The translations under genes and the position numbers were made by a program. This document shows, in pieces, positions 13,691 to 26,997 of a DNA stretch of 64,000 nt (position 1 is its first letter; every line of letters starts with the position of its first letter). The notes beneath the pieces are model-generated. The model worked only from the letters and a program-made list of their open reading frames with translations, was not told the DNA's origin and ran no database searches. The stretch spans positions 23,066,001 through 23,130,000 of the forward strand of contig CM052818.1 of the NCBI GenBank assembly GCA_028534125.1, in the 5' to 3' direction. This stretch comes from Lama glama. Taxonomy: Eukaryota.

Positions 13691-13914
13691 TCTTTAAGAA
13701 CCCTAGCTGTCCTTGAGCTACTCCAGCATCCTTCACATGAATACGTGAATTCGTTTTTCTTCTTTAATCAACTTGCGTTAGTTTCAGTAACATTATTTGC
13801 AACTTCAAGAGTCTTAGCAAAGTCACTTACTCTTGTTGCTTCTGATTTAGACTTTCCTGATTTCTCAGTCCCCTTTATTTTGGCTCTATTTTTGCCTGCC
13901 TCTTTGATAATGCT

Positions 13915-14460
13915 TTAGTTTGGCTTTTTTTGGCTACAAGTATCAGGCATTCATTCCAGCTAGCTCAAGTACAAGAACTTTAAGAAAAATACATGATAAG
14001 ATAATGAAAGCTTTCAGAAACCCAAGAACAGAAATCATGGCGGGCTGGCTTCAGAGAAACTTGTGTAAAAGCTAGTTCTTAATTTGAGGTGGCTGGACAG
14101 AACTCATCAAATTCATAGGTGTTTGTGGTATTTCAGCATTGTAAATATAGTTCAGCTATCCTCCTTTCTGTCCTGCTAATAACTGGGACGTTCTCTCTTT
14201 ACTTTCACACTACGTCTCTGAGAGAGAGATTCTGATTGGCCCAGCATCTCTACATATCTGGCTTACATGTCATGGGAATCTAGTCACTCTATGGATGGCT
14301 TGCCCTTGAATGAAGTGCCCACTTCCGGTCCAATCAGCCATGAAGACAGACAGCTGGATCACATGGTACGAAGCATGGCTGTTAGACCTACTTTCCCAGC
14401 AGGGACCAGGGTTTAGAGCAGTTTCCACTAGATGATACTGGGGCGGGAGGACAAGGTGAT
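13915..14460 (-). mobile_element. Old ERVL-class LTR (LTR79/LTR67-like)
   Basis: gagagagattctgattggcccag ... gtccaatcagccatg ... gatcacatggtacgaagcatggct. Confidence 0.5.
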
Positions 14461-14683
14461 TGATTTTTTGTGTGTATAGCTGATATTTTTAACGAAAAAT
14501 GGATCACTTCTTTTTCAATCAATTTCTGTCTTTCACCTTAGTAATTCTGCCAGATCTAGTTTCCTGCGTTTAATCCCTGGCATTAACACACTGTAATTAA
14601 GCATAAGACAAACCATGGTCCCATCCCAATGCAATCCTTTCTTGCTCAATGACCTCCCTGTGAGAAGAGTTGGATTAGACATA

Positions 14684-15194
14684 CAGGCATACCTCGGAGA
14701 TATTGTGGGTTTGGTTCCAACCACAGCAATACAGTGAAGATTGCAGTAAAGCGAGTCACATGAACTTTTTGGTTTCCCAGTGCGTATAAAAGTTATGTAG
14801 CTGATTAAGTGTGCAATAGCACTATGTCTAAAAAACAATGTACATACCTCAATTTAAACATACCTTATTGCTAAAAAAGCTAACCAGTATCTGAGCCTTC
14901 AGCGAGTAGTAGTGGTAACATCATACGTCACTGATCATGTCACCATAACAAACGTAATGATAATGAAAAAGTGTCAGATATTGCTAGAATTACCAAAATG
15001 TGACATTGAGATACCAAATGAGCAGATGCCGGATGCTGTTGGAAAAATGGTGCTGACAGACTTCCTTGACGCAGGGTTGTCCCAAAGCTTCAATTTGAAA
15101 AAAACAAAACAAAACAAATCCAAAACAACCCACAACATCCACAATATCTGCAAAGCACAATAAAGGGAAGAACAGTAAAATGAACTGTGTCATG
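14684..15194 (-). mobile_element. Internally deleted Tigger1-family DNA transposon (Tigger1a_Art-like)
   Basis: TA followed by terminal repeat caggcatacctcggagatattgtgggtttggttcca. Contains gctgttggaaaaatggtgctgacagactt...gcagggttg. The other terminus is degenerate at ~15194. Confidence 0.9.
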
Positions 15195-16497
15195 TGTGCA
15201 GAGGCAATTCATCCCTTGGATGATGTGAAGAGTGAAGGAGTAGAAAGAAGGCCCTGGGAAGACCCCGATTCCTGTTCCCGTCAGAGCTCCCCCATCCTCT
15301 CCCTATCTCCCATCCTATTTCCTAAAGGCCCAGAGGCACAGCAAAGGCCCCAAATGTACAGCAAGTTGTCTTCATTTGCCAGGTCTACTTCCAACAAGTC
15401 ACAGCTGGAACAGGACAGGAAGCTCCTTGGGCCAAAATTTAAGCTTCAGGATGGGTAGAAAACTTGCCTTAAGTACTTTCTTTCTAAAAGGACAGAACCC
15501 AGAGATCGAAGTTTATTTTAAAAAGGAAAAATACAGGTTTTGGTATGTCAGAAGAAGCAGTAACTTTTGAAATGAAAACTTAAACTCCAGTCATTAATAA
15601 AAACTTTCCAGAATATTAAATTATGTATATATACATACATATTTTTCCATGTATAAAGCCAAAAAAAGTGTTAAACCCATTCAGTTTGATAAAGTCTTCC
15701 ATTTGGAAAGAGGGTAGGTCCATAGTCTGCCCTAATTTTATTTTTTGTTCCTCTGTTTTTTTTTTTTTAAAAAATTCTTCCCTGTGGCTAATGTCAAGTG
15801 TGGATTTGCCAGATTGTCTGGACATACTCCAAAAGAAATATCTCACCCATATCTTTAAAGAAAAAGGCATTTAGTGTACACATGTCCAAAAGCTAAAGTA
15901 GCTTGAGGGTAGGGATGAGGGCAGCGATGGAGGACAGAGGAGGCAGGGTTTCATGTTTAACTAGCAAACTTTGACCAGACTTTTTGAACCTTAGTATTTT
16001 AGGAATCTGAGTTGGCCAAGTTAGTCAAAGATTCATACGCAGCAGGAATTGAAAAAAGAAAAGATTATTTGCATGAGTTTCACACTACCTAACTGAATAC
16101 GCACTGTTCCATAACTGGGCACAACACAAACATGTTTGTTTATTTTAAGGCTGTCTGCTGACCTGCATTGTGAGTTTGCTTAGCAGGCCAGCGTGGCACA
16201 GAGAGCAGAGCTGAGAGCCCAGACCTGGGGCCTCTGAAGGCAAGTGCTGGTATCTTCACTTCTAGGACTTTCTTGATGCTGTCTGGCTATCAGCAGGAAC
16301 AGTCCTTAGAAAAGCTGGCTCTTATTAGTTGAAGAAGTCAGGTTGATTTAGCAATTATGTTCTCCTTAAGATTACTTGTATATTTCTAAGTATATTTCAA
16401 AAAGGCTGAATTCCCACCCAGAATATGGGTATAAAATATGACAAGATGGGGCTCGGGGTCTTTTTGCAGTAACGCCAGATTTGAGAACAAAGAGAGG

Positions 16498-16766
16498 TGC
16501 AGAGTGTGGACAGGGAGGTCAAGAGTATGGACTTGGGAGCCAGACTGTCTGGGTTGGAATCCCAGCCCTCGTTTTCTCTAGCCAGGCGATCTCAGGTAAG
16601 TTGCTTAACCTCCTTGAGCCTCAGTTTCCCAATCTGTACTATGGGGATTACACAGCTCTTCCTTCAAAAGCGTCATTATGAGTATTAAATGAAATAACAC
16701 TTTTAAGGGGATTAGGACATTGTGTGACAGGTAGGAAAGGACACACATATTTGTTAAATAAATAAA
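16498..16766 (+). mobile_element. MIR SINE
   Basis: ggagccagactgtctgggttggaatcccagc ... ttaacctccttgagcctcagtttcccaatctgta. Confidence 0.9.
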
Positions 16767-19329
16767 GTGCAATACACTTATGGCTGGTGAAGCTTAGGTT
16801 GATCAGCTCAACTCCGTGTAATCAGATAAGAAAGGGCTGAATGCTAGAAACAAACCAAATTGGGGCATATCTAAATAAACTACTGCATGGTTGTACTATG
16901 AATCACCATATTAGCCACTTTTAAAATGAGGTATGTCCCTATATACTGCTGTGGAATAATCCCTAAGATATATTGTCAAGGGAGAGAGCAAGTCCCACTA
17001 CAACGTATGTGGGGATAATTACAAGAACTATTTTCTATGCATCGGGCAATGTTTTAAGAACTTTACATCTATTAACTCATCTAATCTCCATCCAAGGAAG
17101 GTACTAGTTTTTTTCCCCATTGTGGAAATCATAAAAAAAAGCAAAAAACAAAAAACAAACCAAAAAAACGAGCCTCAGAGAGGGCAGAGTTGAATCTAGT
17201 ACGCCTAGGTTATTCTCCCAAACTTGTTAGATAAGTCACTCTGGACTCAGGGAGGAGAGGAAGTAAAGGGCCAGAAAGGGGACTGGAATTACTTTAATTG
17301 AATGTCTTTCATTTGGAAGCACACTCTCTTCTGACAAAGACTAGGCAGACATTAAAAATAGGGAGTATGTATGTCTGCAGTGCACATGTGGAAAGATCTC
17401 CAAGATAGCATTTTAGCTGCAAAAAGCAACATGTAGGATGATACATATAGTAAGATCTTTCTAATGTAAAGTTTTGTGAAAGGATATACATAAATATGTA
17501 GCAAAAAGGATACACAAAAAATAGTGATAGTGATTATATTTTGAGGAGGGATCAGGAGCAGAAGAGGGAGCTTTTACTTCCCCTTTTATACCCTTTTTAT
17601 TGCTTTAATTTTCTTCCCATGTATATATCACTTTCATTTTTTCAAATCCTGTTAGGGGTTATCTAGACTGTGGGATTAACCACCATTATTGCTTTCATCT
17701 TTATACTTCCCTGCATAAATAAGTTATAATACATGCTATTTTAAAAAATAAAAACAAGGCAGCATAAGAAGGAAAAAGTGCCTTCCTTCTAGCCTCAGGA
17801 GTCCCTAATGAGCCATAATCATAGAGACGCCAGACTAGTCAAAATTGGAAGAAAGAGCTATAATCACAGGAAAAGCACTCCCTCCACAATGTGAAGTATC
17901 CCAGAAAAAGCAGCAGTAAGGAAGGCAGGGCTGACTTCGAGAAAAGCAAAGTGTTGCCGTGGCAGGCCCTGCAGTGGCTGGCGTGGATGATAAGGTGAAT
18001 TGACATCAGAAAACAAAACCTACCACGCAGGACCCAATGACCCCAAGAAAGAAAGTGAAGGGTCTGAAGTATAAAATCAACAAGAGGGAAAGAGGAGTAA
18101 ATGCTAAAGTGATTATGACTCACAGTCTGATGGTCCTCAAGATTCAAGTGGCCTTGGAGAAACCGGATCAGAGTTGTGTAACCAAGGCACTGTGCTGGAG
18201 AAACATGATGGATGGATGATTGGGTTTCTTCCTACAGCCCCAGGTGATCCAAATGAGGTCAGCGTGACAGACCCTGCAGTCAGGCAAGATAGGGGCCTTT
18301 TGAGGCCTTTGAGAAGCATTTCCTCTCACCTCTTCCTGTCTGCCAGCACCCTGGCAGAGAGGGGCATCATTACAGAAAAATATGCATGTGGCCTAATTAT
18401 TTGTCATACTCTCTCACTAGACCAGACCCCGCAGGAGAATTCCAAAGAATTGATTTTCATGGGAACAAAATACAGTAATTCATGTTGCAGTCCTGCCCAA
18501 ATCACTGAAGAGATACTTTAAGACCCAAATTCCTTACAACCAGCTTTGATTTACCACCCGCTACACGTTCCAACTAGAGTCTGAAGTGAGTGGAGCTGCC
18601 CACGTGAAGCCATTTCTCGCTGATCTCTGGCAGTTAAGTGCTCAAGAAGAAAGATATTTCTTAAACTTCCTTTGGGTCTCACAAAACGAAAGCAGCCGTT
18701 ACATAATAAGGGCTGTAAAAAGTTCCACGGGTTAAGAAGTCCCCGATGTTTTTCTTGCTTTCAGTCATTTTCTTTGTTTAAAGCATTCAGAAACAGTGAA
18801 AGTTCATGAAGAAAAAAAACATCTTCGGCAGGAAAATAAGTGTGAGAGTTAGTCAGCAGCTAGACTCACTCATAGGTCCATGAGGTTGTAACTTAATCTT
18901 GACAACATAGTCTTTCCTGGAAGAGCTCTGAGCAGCGATTTATCATTTTATAATTCGTGGTTTAACTTTGAGCCATAAACCAAGCAGCTGTATTGGTTGG
19001 AGGCACTTTTGAATCTTTTTAAAACCCCAGGAGGCAGGGAGACAGCTTCAAACTCGAGGCCCCAAACTCTTGGGGTTTAAGTGAGAGAGCACAAAGGACA
19101 AGGTTTCTGTGTTGCCTCTCTTTTCTTTGAAAATGTATGGAATGCTCTCCTTTGTTTGTTTTAGACTTAGGGTGGGGGGAAGCCAGCTTTGATAGCTGGA
19201 GCCATGAGCTGGCCCCTCATATCTTAGGATGGCGGGTTTTCTTCTGTTCCAGGGTCCCCGGGGGAATGAGAAGCTGGAAGCTAAAAGGGGGGAAATGGGT
19301 GGAGAAAGGGGAAGCAAGGGGGAAGGGAG

Positions 19330-20010
19330 GAGTGCCGGAGATAACTCTGCTGACTTCACGGTTTTCCACCGGGGCCTGCCCTGCCTACCTCTGTTGACAT
19401 CAAAGCTCGCTGAGTGCCTCTACGCGCGTGCTCAGTCCGCCCTGCTGGCCGCCCGCCCGCCGGTGGGAGAAGGAGTTGGCTATTAGCCGTACAACAACAT
19501 CGGGGACAACATTTCTGAAATTAACTTTGCCTTTTAAAAAAAGGCAGCTCTGGGGCACCCCACGCTGGGGTTCCAGCATCCGCCAGGGAGAAAGGCAGCT
19601 TTTACAGAGATGTCTCCAGAAACTTGGGCAGCTTCCCAAGGTGTCTCGCTGGTTCTGCAGCAGCGTTGGTTGCCTGTGGGCCGATGGGTGTGGCTTTCGC
19701 AATCATGTTGGGGCGCCTGGATTTGGGAAGACCTGCCTCCTCTCCTTGGAGCAATGCAGGGCATCAGAAGTTTGCTGGCAGCGCCCACGTCTGTCACCCT
19801 TCTTTCTCCTCTCTGCACCGCCTGCAGGGACTGACTTGTTTTCCTTCCCACGTCTTTTTTTTTTTTTTCCCCCTGCGGAGTCCTCCCGCCTCTCCCCAGG
19901 GAGGAAGCAGAGGAAATAAGATGACCATCCTGTCTGCTGTAACTCGTGACCTTCAAATCTGCTTATCACTCTAAGCCCAGGACTAAGAGTCGCAGCACCT
20001 TCGCGGAGCA
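19330..20010. promoter_or_regulatory. CpG-enriched non-repeat patch (candidate enhancer or weak promoter)
   Basis: Local CpG excess (tacgcgcgtg, gccgcccgcccgccgg, GC-box ccgccc) against a CpG-depleted background, with G-rich tracts upstream at 19255-19330. Confidence 0.5.
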
Positions 20011-21594
20011 AAACAGTCATCCCAGATTCCATGTGTTAAAACCAAGTTGCATAGTACAGGTTTAACATATATTTGCATGTGAATGATGTTTCACAATTCT
20101 TTCCTCCACTAGCCCCAGATCATATTGGAAGCATTGACGTTAACCATCTTCTACTGTTCAATGTGAATTTAAAGATAAGCGTGGGCTAGAAGACGATGCC
20201 TTGGAAATCCAGCTGCTGCAGCAAACCTAAGTGCCACAAGCAGTTTAGGTGTAACTGGGTACAGAGCCTAGTTACAGGTCGGAGGATGCCAGTATTCTCC
20301 TCCTCCTAACTTTGTCACTGCTAGCCCTGGGTCCTGGCTCGAGGAAGTTCTTAGAGGAGTCTAGCCTAGGCTTTTCTGGAATACGGTCACACGCTGGGCT
20401 GTCTGCATCTGCTGTGTCCAGCTTTGTACTTGGATGGCATGTGAAAAGGAACACATGATTCTTTTCCTTAAGAAAATTAACAGAACGTTGAATTTTAGTG
20501 AGGAAATTGGTGAGCAAGATGGCCCAAACCCTCTTATCACTAGGGATTTTAAAATTGGGAAATTAAAACTTAGGCAAGTTAGTTAAGAGACTTGCCTAAC
20601 GTAAAGGTGTTCTTGATTAATCCCATAAACAAGAATTAGAATTAGAGTCAGTTTGTAGCAAATGCATCCTTGTGGACTCCAATCCAAATGCGAGTGTTAC
20701 TCAAAACAGGGCTACAACAGATGCACTGAGGTTCTTTTATGGTTAAGGTAGCTGATGATTTTCTAGACCAACCTGCCCTTGGTTTTCTAGATTCAGACTA
20801 ACTTCACTCACCCCCCAACCCCATTCTGGGGTTTCAGCCAAGTACTCTCAATGTATTCGAATTTGATTCAACATGCTTTTTGGAGAACCATCTCAGTTGA
20901 ACTTGCAGGCACTCTTGGGGACCCCTTCCCAGAAGAAATGGACTGGCATTCTGTCTGGGTTAGACCCGAGATAGGCTTTGCCTGCCTAGGATTGTGTCAT
21001 CTCTGTCCTTGACAGTCTGAGGGCTAAGGCTCCAGGTTCTTGCTCTTTCATCAGCACCACCAAATATCTGCAGTGTTGGCTCAACTCACCAGCCTTAATC
21101 TTCAGCTCCCACATAGTCGAGGCAGTTCTCTTTTTAAAGAGACATTAAGCACACATGAAGCTTCTCTCCCCTGAATTCTCTTTCTCAAACTTCCATCATC
21201 ATCCTTTACTACTATTTACTGAGTATCCAGTATAATCTGGGTACTGGGGACAACAAGGCGACCAGCTCCATGGCCTCATGGGCTCTTTAGTGCCATAGAG
21301 AATCACTGTATAACCAAGTTAGAGGTTAAAAAAATGAAATAAGATGGACAGCCCACAGCCTTCTGTCTCATTAATCCTGCATCTATCCCACCTAACAAAA
21401 TAAAGGATCTAATATTTAAGTTCTTTGGAGTTATCTTGGCTCACTTCCCAGCTGCGGTCAAATTCTCTGCATGCTCATTCCTCCTTTTCTGGATTACTTG
21501 TGGAATTGCCAGGAGGGCAGAGGCATGAAGAATGCAGGCAGTGAAAAAAAAAAGCATCTGCAAATGATTGACTGAAACCAGTTGTAGTTGGACA

Positions 21595-22150
21595 GAGTCA
21601 GGGTTTGCAGTTGCAAGCAACAGAAACTAACTCTTGACTGATTTAGGCAGAAAAGGAATTTGTTGAAAGACTATAGAGTAATTCATAATCACTGAGTAGG
21701 CTGGAAAACAGACTCAGAAAAACGTAAGAACTAAGAACCCAGGATCACATCCAAGGCCACAGGCACAATCACAGCCCAGAAAGGGTGAGATGAGGGTACC
21801 CCTGCAGCCACTGCGTAGTGCTGCCCCACAACTTGCACTGCCACCATTGTCAACCCTGGACACTAAATATCACCATGGGCAGTGGCAGCGGATATTTTTG
21901 TGGCCCCGAAGCCTCCTCCAGAAAGGATTCTCCACTGTCCCTGTTTGTTGGTGCCAGTAACTCCTGATTCCACCTGGAGCAGGTGCACCTTGTTGGCCAC
22001 ATCTCGGTTGTGTCCATGTCCTAGCTGCAAAGGAGACTAGTCTCTTCTAGAAGACTAGAAGGCTCTTTCTTAGGACAGTGAGATTCATGAAGTGGTCAAC
22101 ATCTCCCACATGGGAAGGGGGTTCAGATGCTGAGTAGCCAAAAATGACCC
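21595..22150 (-). mobile_element. ERVL LTR, LTR33A/B-like
   Basis: agtcagggtttgcagttgcaagcaacagaaactaactct...ttaggcagaaaaggaatttgttgaaag and cctagctgcaaaggagact. Confidence 0.75.
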
Positions 22151-24314
22151 TAACCCCTCTTTCCTCTAATCCTAGGTGAAGGGGAGAGCCTGGGTCAATA
22201 GCAGCCTGCCAGAGAATTAGAAATGAGTACAGCAGACACCTTTCAGCACTGAGGCCAGTATCCACTGACCTAGAAGCAAGCCGCCTAGGCAAGCAAGGCC
22301 CGCACAGCCAGGTTGAACTTCCTTAAGAGATGCAGGGGAAAGACTTCTCCCAGGCTGGGCCCCTCCCCCTAGGAGAGGGAGCAGTGGGGAGGCTCCCTAA
22401 GAGTGAGAAGAGCAGTCCCTCCTGCCCAGCAGCCTCTCCACCTGCACCTGGATCAGCTCCACCTACTCCAGCCGTCCTTTTCTCACCAGCAGGAAGGAAA
22501 TCCAGGCTGCCACCATCTGCAAACAAAAGACCACAGCCTGTGCCAGAGATATTTATTTACCTCTAGCCTTGCTCTCTCATCCCAGACCTGCTGCTCAGAC
22601 TCTTGACAATCTACGGATCCTGACATCATATCGTGATTCATCTTGGTTTTTTCACTGCTAGCCACCAAGCACAAGCGCTGGCATCTGAGATGGGGGTGGG
22701 TGGCTAGGAAGAGAGGACGTATGTGCTTGTAAGCAACCCCTCAGAAACCCAAGCCACAGTTTCCTCTTACTGATGTTGTCCAGCCCAGGGTGGGGGGTTA
22801 ATCTGTGGTTTATTTTCCATTTGTTTGTTTGAGTCTCCCACCCATTTAGGGAGTTGGTTTAAAAAAAAAAGGCCCAAATAAAACCAAAAAAGGAAACTTT
22901 TTTTGGAGTCATCTAATTATTTGTTCCCTGCTTTTAAAAGAGGGGCAAACAAACCCCAAAGTGTAGCACTTATTAAAGGATGATACATGGGGTCAGGCAG
23001 TTCCTCAAGCCATTCTCAGCATCCTACCCTGGGGTGGGCCCTTGGTGACAGAGTTTTCCTTTATCCCTTTCCTGGGGGTGTGGCTGGGAAGTGCCCTCTG
23101 GGGAGGGTGGGTAGTTCCAACAGCCGGCTTTTAGCTTGCAGGAAGGAAGGTAGGGGGGAAGTGGAATGTGGCTGTTTCCAGCCATCCTTCCTCTACCCCT
23201 CACCAAAACCTAGATTCTTACAGCATCCCTATCTTTTCCTTAAGGCTGTCAGAAGCTCCTGGGGGAGCCACACCTGAAGCCTTTGTAAAAGCTCTAGGCA
23301 GCTGGAAACTTCTGAGTGCCCTCTTATTAATCAGATCACTAGAAACCAGGAAGAATTAGAACATATTCACTTAACTTCTTATTAAAAATGCTTTCACTGA
23401 GCCAAGGTTCAATACTATAGCTTCATTTCTTACAAAGTAAACATAAGAAATAGGAAAAAAAAAATCCCACATTTTTGATATCTTTCAAAACTCAGTGGAA
23501 GACAATATCCATTATGTTTCCTGGAGTCCTGTCTTTTAGGATCTATGTGATAAATTTCACTAGAATTTATCATGAGGAAAAAGGTTATGTTTACTTATGA
23601 GCTAATATTGCTTCTCTTTATTCAGACAGTAAGAATGACATAACCAATTGTGTTTCCCTTTTTGCTTTGACTGTCAGGGAGCCCAGAATTTAATACCCAT
23701 TTACAAAATTATATTATCACTAGTTCCTGCTCTTCCCCTTCCTCTATGTGGTTTCTCATCTCCCCTTTCATCTGCACTTCAACTGCCCCATCTATTTGTA
23801 CATTTAATTTCAGCAACACCAGAATTTTTCAAGAAGCAGGCAAAGCATAACAAACATCAAAACCAACCAACAAACCAGTAGCATGACCAAGGTTACTTAG
23901 AACTTGATCTCACTTCCCTGATGTCCCCAGGCTAGTTGGAGAGATTAACTCGTAGGCTAGCACACATGCAATATTAGAAGAATATGTTCAAGCATTAAAT
24001 TAGAAGAATAAAGGTTTTAGAGATTGAGGAGACAGATCAGTGAAGACTGGAGCAGTCAAGGAAGGCTTCCTGAAGGAGGCAGTACTTATTGTAAGCTTTG
24101 AATGCTTGGAGTTAGTTTCAGGGGTTGATGTCATTGAACTTTTACGGTTTGGTTGGATTGTAAGAGGTACTGGGGCAAGTACCTGGGACTTTGGCTCTTC
24201 CCTGGGGACAGTTTTTGAACTTCTGTGAGCTGCCAGTGCATTGCTTCTAGGGAGCAACTATATGAAGGTGGTAGGGTGGATCCTTACTAAAATGGTGAGG
24301 TGGGTGGGACTGGT

Positions 24315-24500
24315 CTGGGCACTATTGTCAATTTAGATGGGACAATTCTTCATTGGAACTATTGTACCTACTGCAGTATCTTTGGCATCATGGTTTACAC
24401 CCACTAAATGCTCATAGCAATCCCCAGTCATTGGGACAGCCCCGGATTTCTACACATTTCCCCCAACGCCCCCTGAAGGACAGTGCAACCTACCCAAGTG
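24315..24500 (+). mobile_element. MER20/MER20B-like hAT element
   Basis: gggcactattg...gggacaattcttcattg...cccactaaatgc...ccagtcattgggaca...acgccccctg. Confidence 0.6.
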
Positions 24501-24558
24501 CCACCTACCACTCCCTCAAATACCCAAGGTTCTCCTCCCTCGCCTGCCATCCGCAACG

Positions 24559-24723
24559 AGAATTTCCAGATTTAGTAAACAAGATACAGAACACCCAGCT
24601 AAATTTGAATTTCAAATAAACAATGAATATTTTTTAGTATAGGTATGTCCCAAATATTTCACTGTTTGTTGTTTATTTGAAATTCAGAGTTGACTAGTGG
24701 TCCTTATTTTATCTGGAAGTCCT
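24559..24723. mobile_element. MER53 palindromic hAT MITE
   Basis: ttccagatttagtaaacaagatacagaacacccagctaaatttgaatttcaaataaacaa ... ttgtttatttgaaattcagagttgactag...tattttatctggaa: long inverted arms matching recalled MER53. Confidence 0.85.
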
Positions 24724-25079
24724 ACCCACAGCCCGTTGCCACCACTTACAAACCTGCCTCCCAGAAATTCCCTTTGGGTGGGTCACTGTCTTGTGTGCTG
24801 AACCATCCCCTACTTCTTCTGTATTTCAATTCCTCATGGTCATTCTCTGTGCTAAGTCTCAGTGGGGTGGTAAATACTTCTAATCAGATGAACAAATTCC
24901 TCTTCATATGTAGGCTAGTTACCCCATCTAGATAACATCTTACCTTAACTTGGTTAAATTATTCACCAGTCTCCAGAAGGCTCTCAAATTGAATGGTGGT
25001 GGGGAGGACAGACAGGGAAATAGAAAACACTTCTAGGGCTAATGCCCGGGGACCCGAAATGTCAGTGCCTGTGCAATGG

Positions 25080-25213
25080 GGAGCTTTAAACACTATTGAT
25101 ATCAGAGACTCTGAGTGAATTATTCTGGGGGTGGAGCCTGGGACTGGGAATTTTTTAAGCTCCACCCCCATCCCCAGGGTCTCCTTAACATGCAGCCAAG
25201 ATTGAGAAACACT
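25080..25213 (+). mobile_element. MER5A fragment
   Basis: cagagactctga...tctgggggtggagcctggg...tttttaagctcc...aacatgcagccaagattgagaaacact. Confidence 0.75.
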
Positions 25214-26997
25214 CCTCTCTTTCCTGAGAAAAGTGGGAGAAAGGAGAAAGTAAGAGAAAGGACGAGAGGGAAAGAGAGAGACTGAGACCTGGTTTCAGGG
25301 GCTCTGCTTGGCATTGGTCATTGAGGGGATTTGGAAGAATCAAGAGGCAAACACATTCCACTCAAGCAGGGGGAAAAAAAAGTTCAAGAAAGTAATATAC
25401 TTCGAATGTGTTCCATTTCGAGCAAAACAGATGTGAAAAAGTACTTCTGAAGGGTTCAGAGAGTGCTTCATTCTGTGCCAGACATCGTCCTTAGAGATGC
25501 CCCAGTTTACCAAAAAAAAAAAAAAAAAGTACCCTCGACAGACAGTCCCATTTTTCTTTATTACCCAGTGAGTCTAACCAATACCAGGCTCAGGTTCAGA
25601 ACCCAGGCAGCTCACACGCATGGCCTTACTGGTGCTGGCTGAGCAGCAAGCTTCTGATGTCACTACGGGCACCTCGGCAAGAGGCTCCCCTCTTGGTTCC
25701 GTGTGGGCTGTGAGCCCAGGGTGTCAGTCCCTGTGCCATCAGCACACGCCAGCCTTGACTCTGACAAGTAGGTCAGTGTAGACATGGCTCCAGTCTCCAC
25801 GGAGAGGTGCTTGCCGCTGGCAGGAAGCTGCTTCTGCAGAATTAAAAACCATCAGAGTTGATCAAAGGAAGTGCAGGGCAGGCTGGCGGGCAGGCCAGAT
25901 CCTAATCTCCACTTGCTGGCCTCACACATCACTGCACATGAGTCACCCCGCTGAGCTCAGCGGACATGCTGTTTGGATTAGGCTTTTACAGGCGAGGTTT
26001 GCCAAGCTCGCCTCTGCCGGCTCGCTATGCAGGAGGAAGGTGGGGATGTGGGTTAGACGTAGTTGCCTGGCTGCCAGGGAGGAGGCACTGGCTCCTCAGG
26101 TACACAGGACAGCGGCACCGGAGGCTGGTTAGTAATCCTCCTGTCCTCAGTCCATCTTCTCAGCTCAGCTCGAAGAACCCCATCAGGAGCAACAGAGCCC
26201 ACAGCAGGCCCACACATCCTTCCTCTCTTGCCAACTCTCCAATTAAGATGTACTATTACAGGACTCACATCTTGCCTTCACTCAACCATCTGCCTCTCAA
26301 CAAGCAGGAATTCCTCTTCTCAAAAGCAGGCAACACTTCACCACTCAGGCATCTTGCTCAAAAGCAGTGGAGTCCAGCAAAAAAGGGAGGGAAGTCAGAA
26401 AATAAAAATTCCTAAATTAAGAGCCAACCCATAAAAGCAGGGCTTCCCCTAGTGCCTGGCTTGTGTGACATCACCACAAGTTACTCAATGAAAATGGTGT
26501 CAGAGGAGCAACTAGATTACATGTGGAAAATTTCCTCAAGAAACAGAATTCTGCAGAAAATGAGGAGAGGTAGCAAAAGGTGGGGTAGAAAAGACCCTGC
26601 CCTTGGGCCTTTCGGGAGCTGACTCCTGAGGGGCTGATTTTCCTGGGCAAAAAGCAAAGTGGGATACTCTTCCAAACAGCACCTCGCAGGGTCTTGGCAC
26701 TCAGGAGCAGCAGCAGAGGTGGCCCAGTGGTTTGTTTTGCTTCCTTCTGTGGAAGCAATGGTAGGAACAAGATCAAAATCCTTTGTCTCTGATTCTGCCA
26801 AGTTTTGCTTCTGTGCGTGGTAACTTGGGAAGAAGCAGCCCCCATTATTTTGTAAGCCAAGGATTCTTGGCTTGTAGTCTCTGCTGGGATTCTCTTTAGA
26901 GTCTTTTAGACTCTCATTTATTAAAGACATCTAAATGGAGGTGGCAGTCCTTGACACTTTCAAAATAAATGTTGCCACTGGTCCCTACACCACTCTT

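Noticed and set aside
19432..19452. CTCF-like GGCCAGCAGGGCGG on the minus strand (also 25905-25921)
   Set aside because: Mismatches in the GGC core make these weak matches.
19400..20032. Overlapping 74-163 aa ORFs in the 19.5 kb CpG patch
   Set aside because: They are open on both strands, cross homopolymer runs, and show no recognisable homology.
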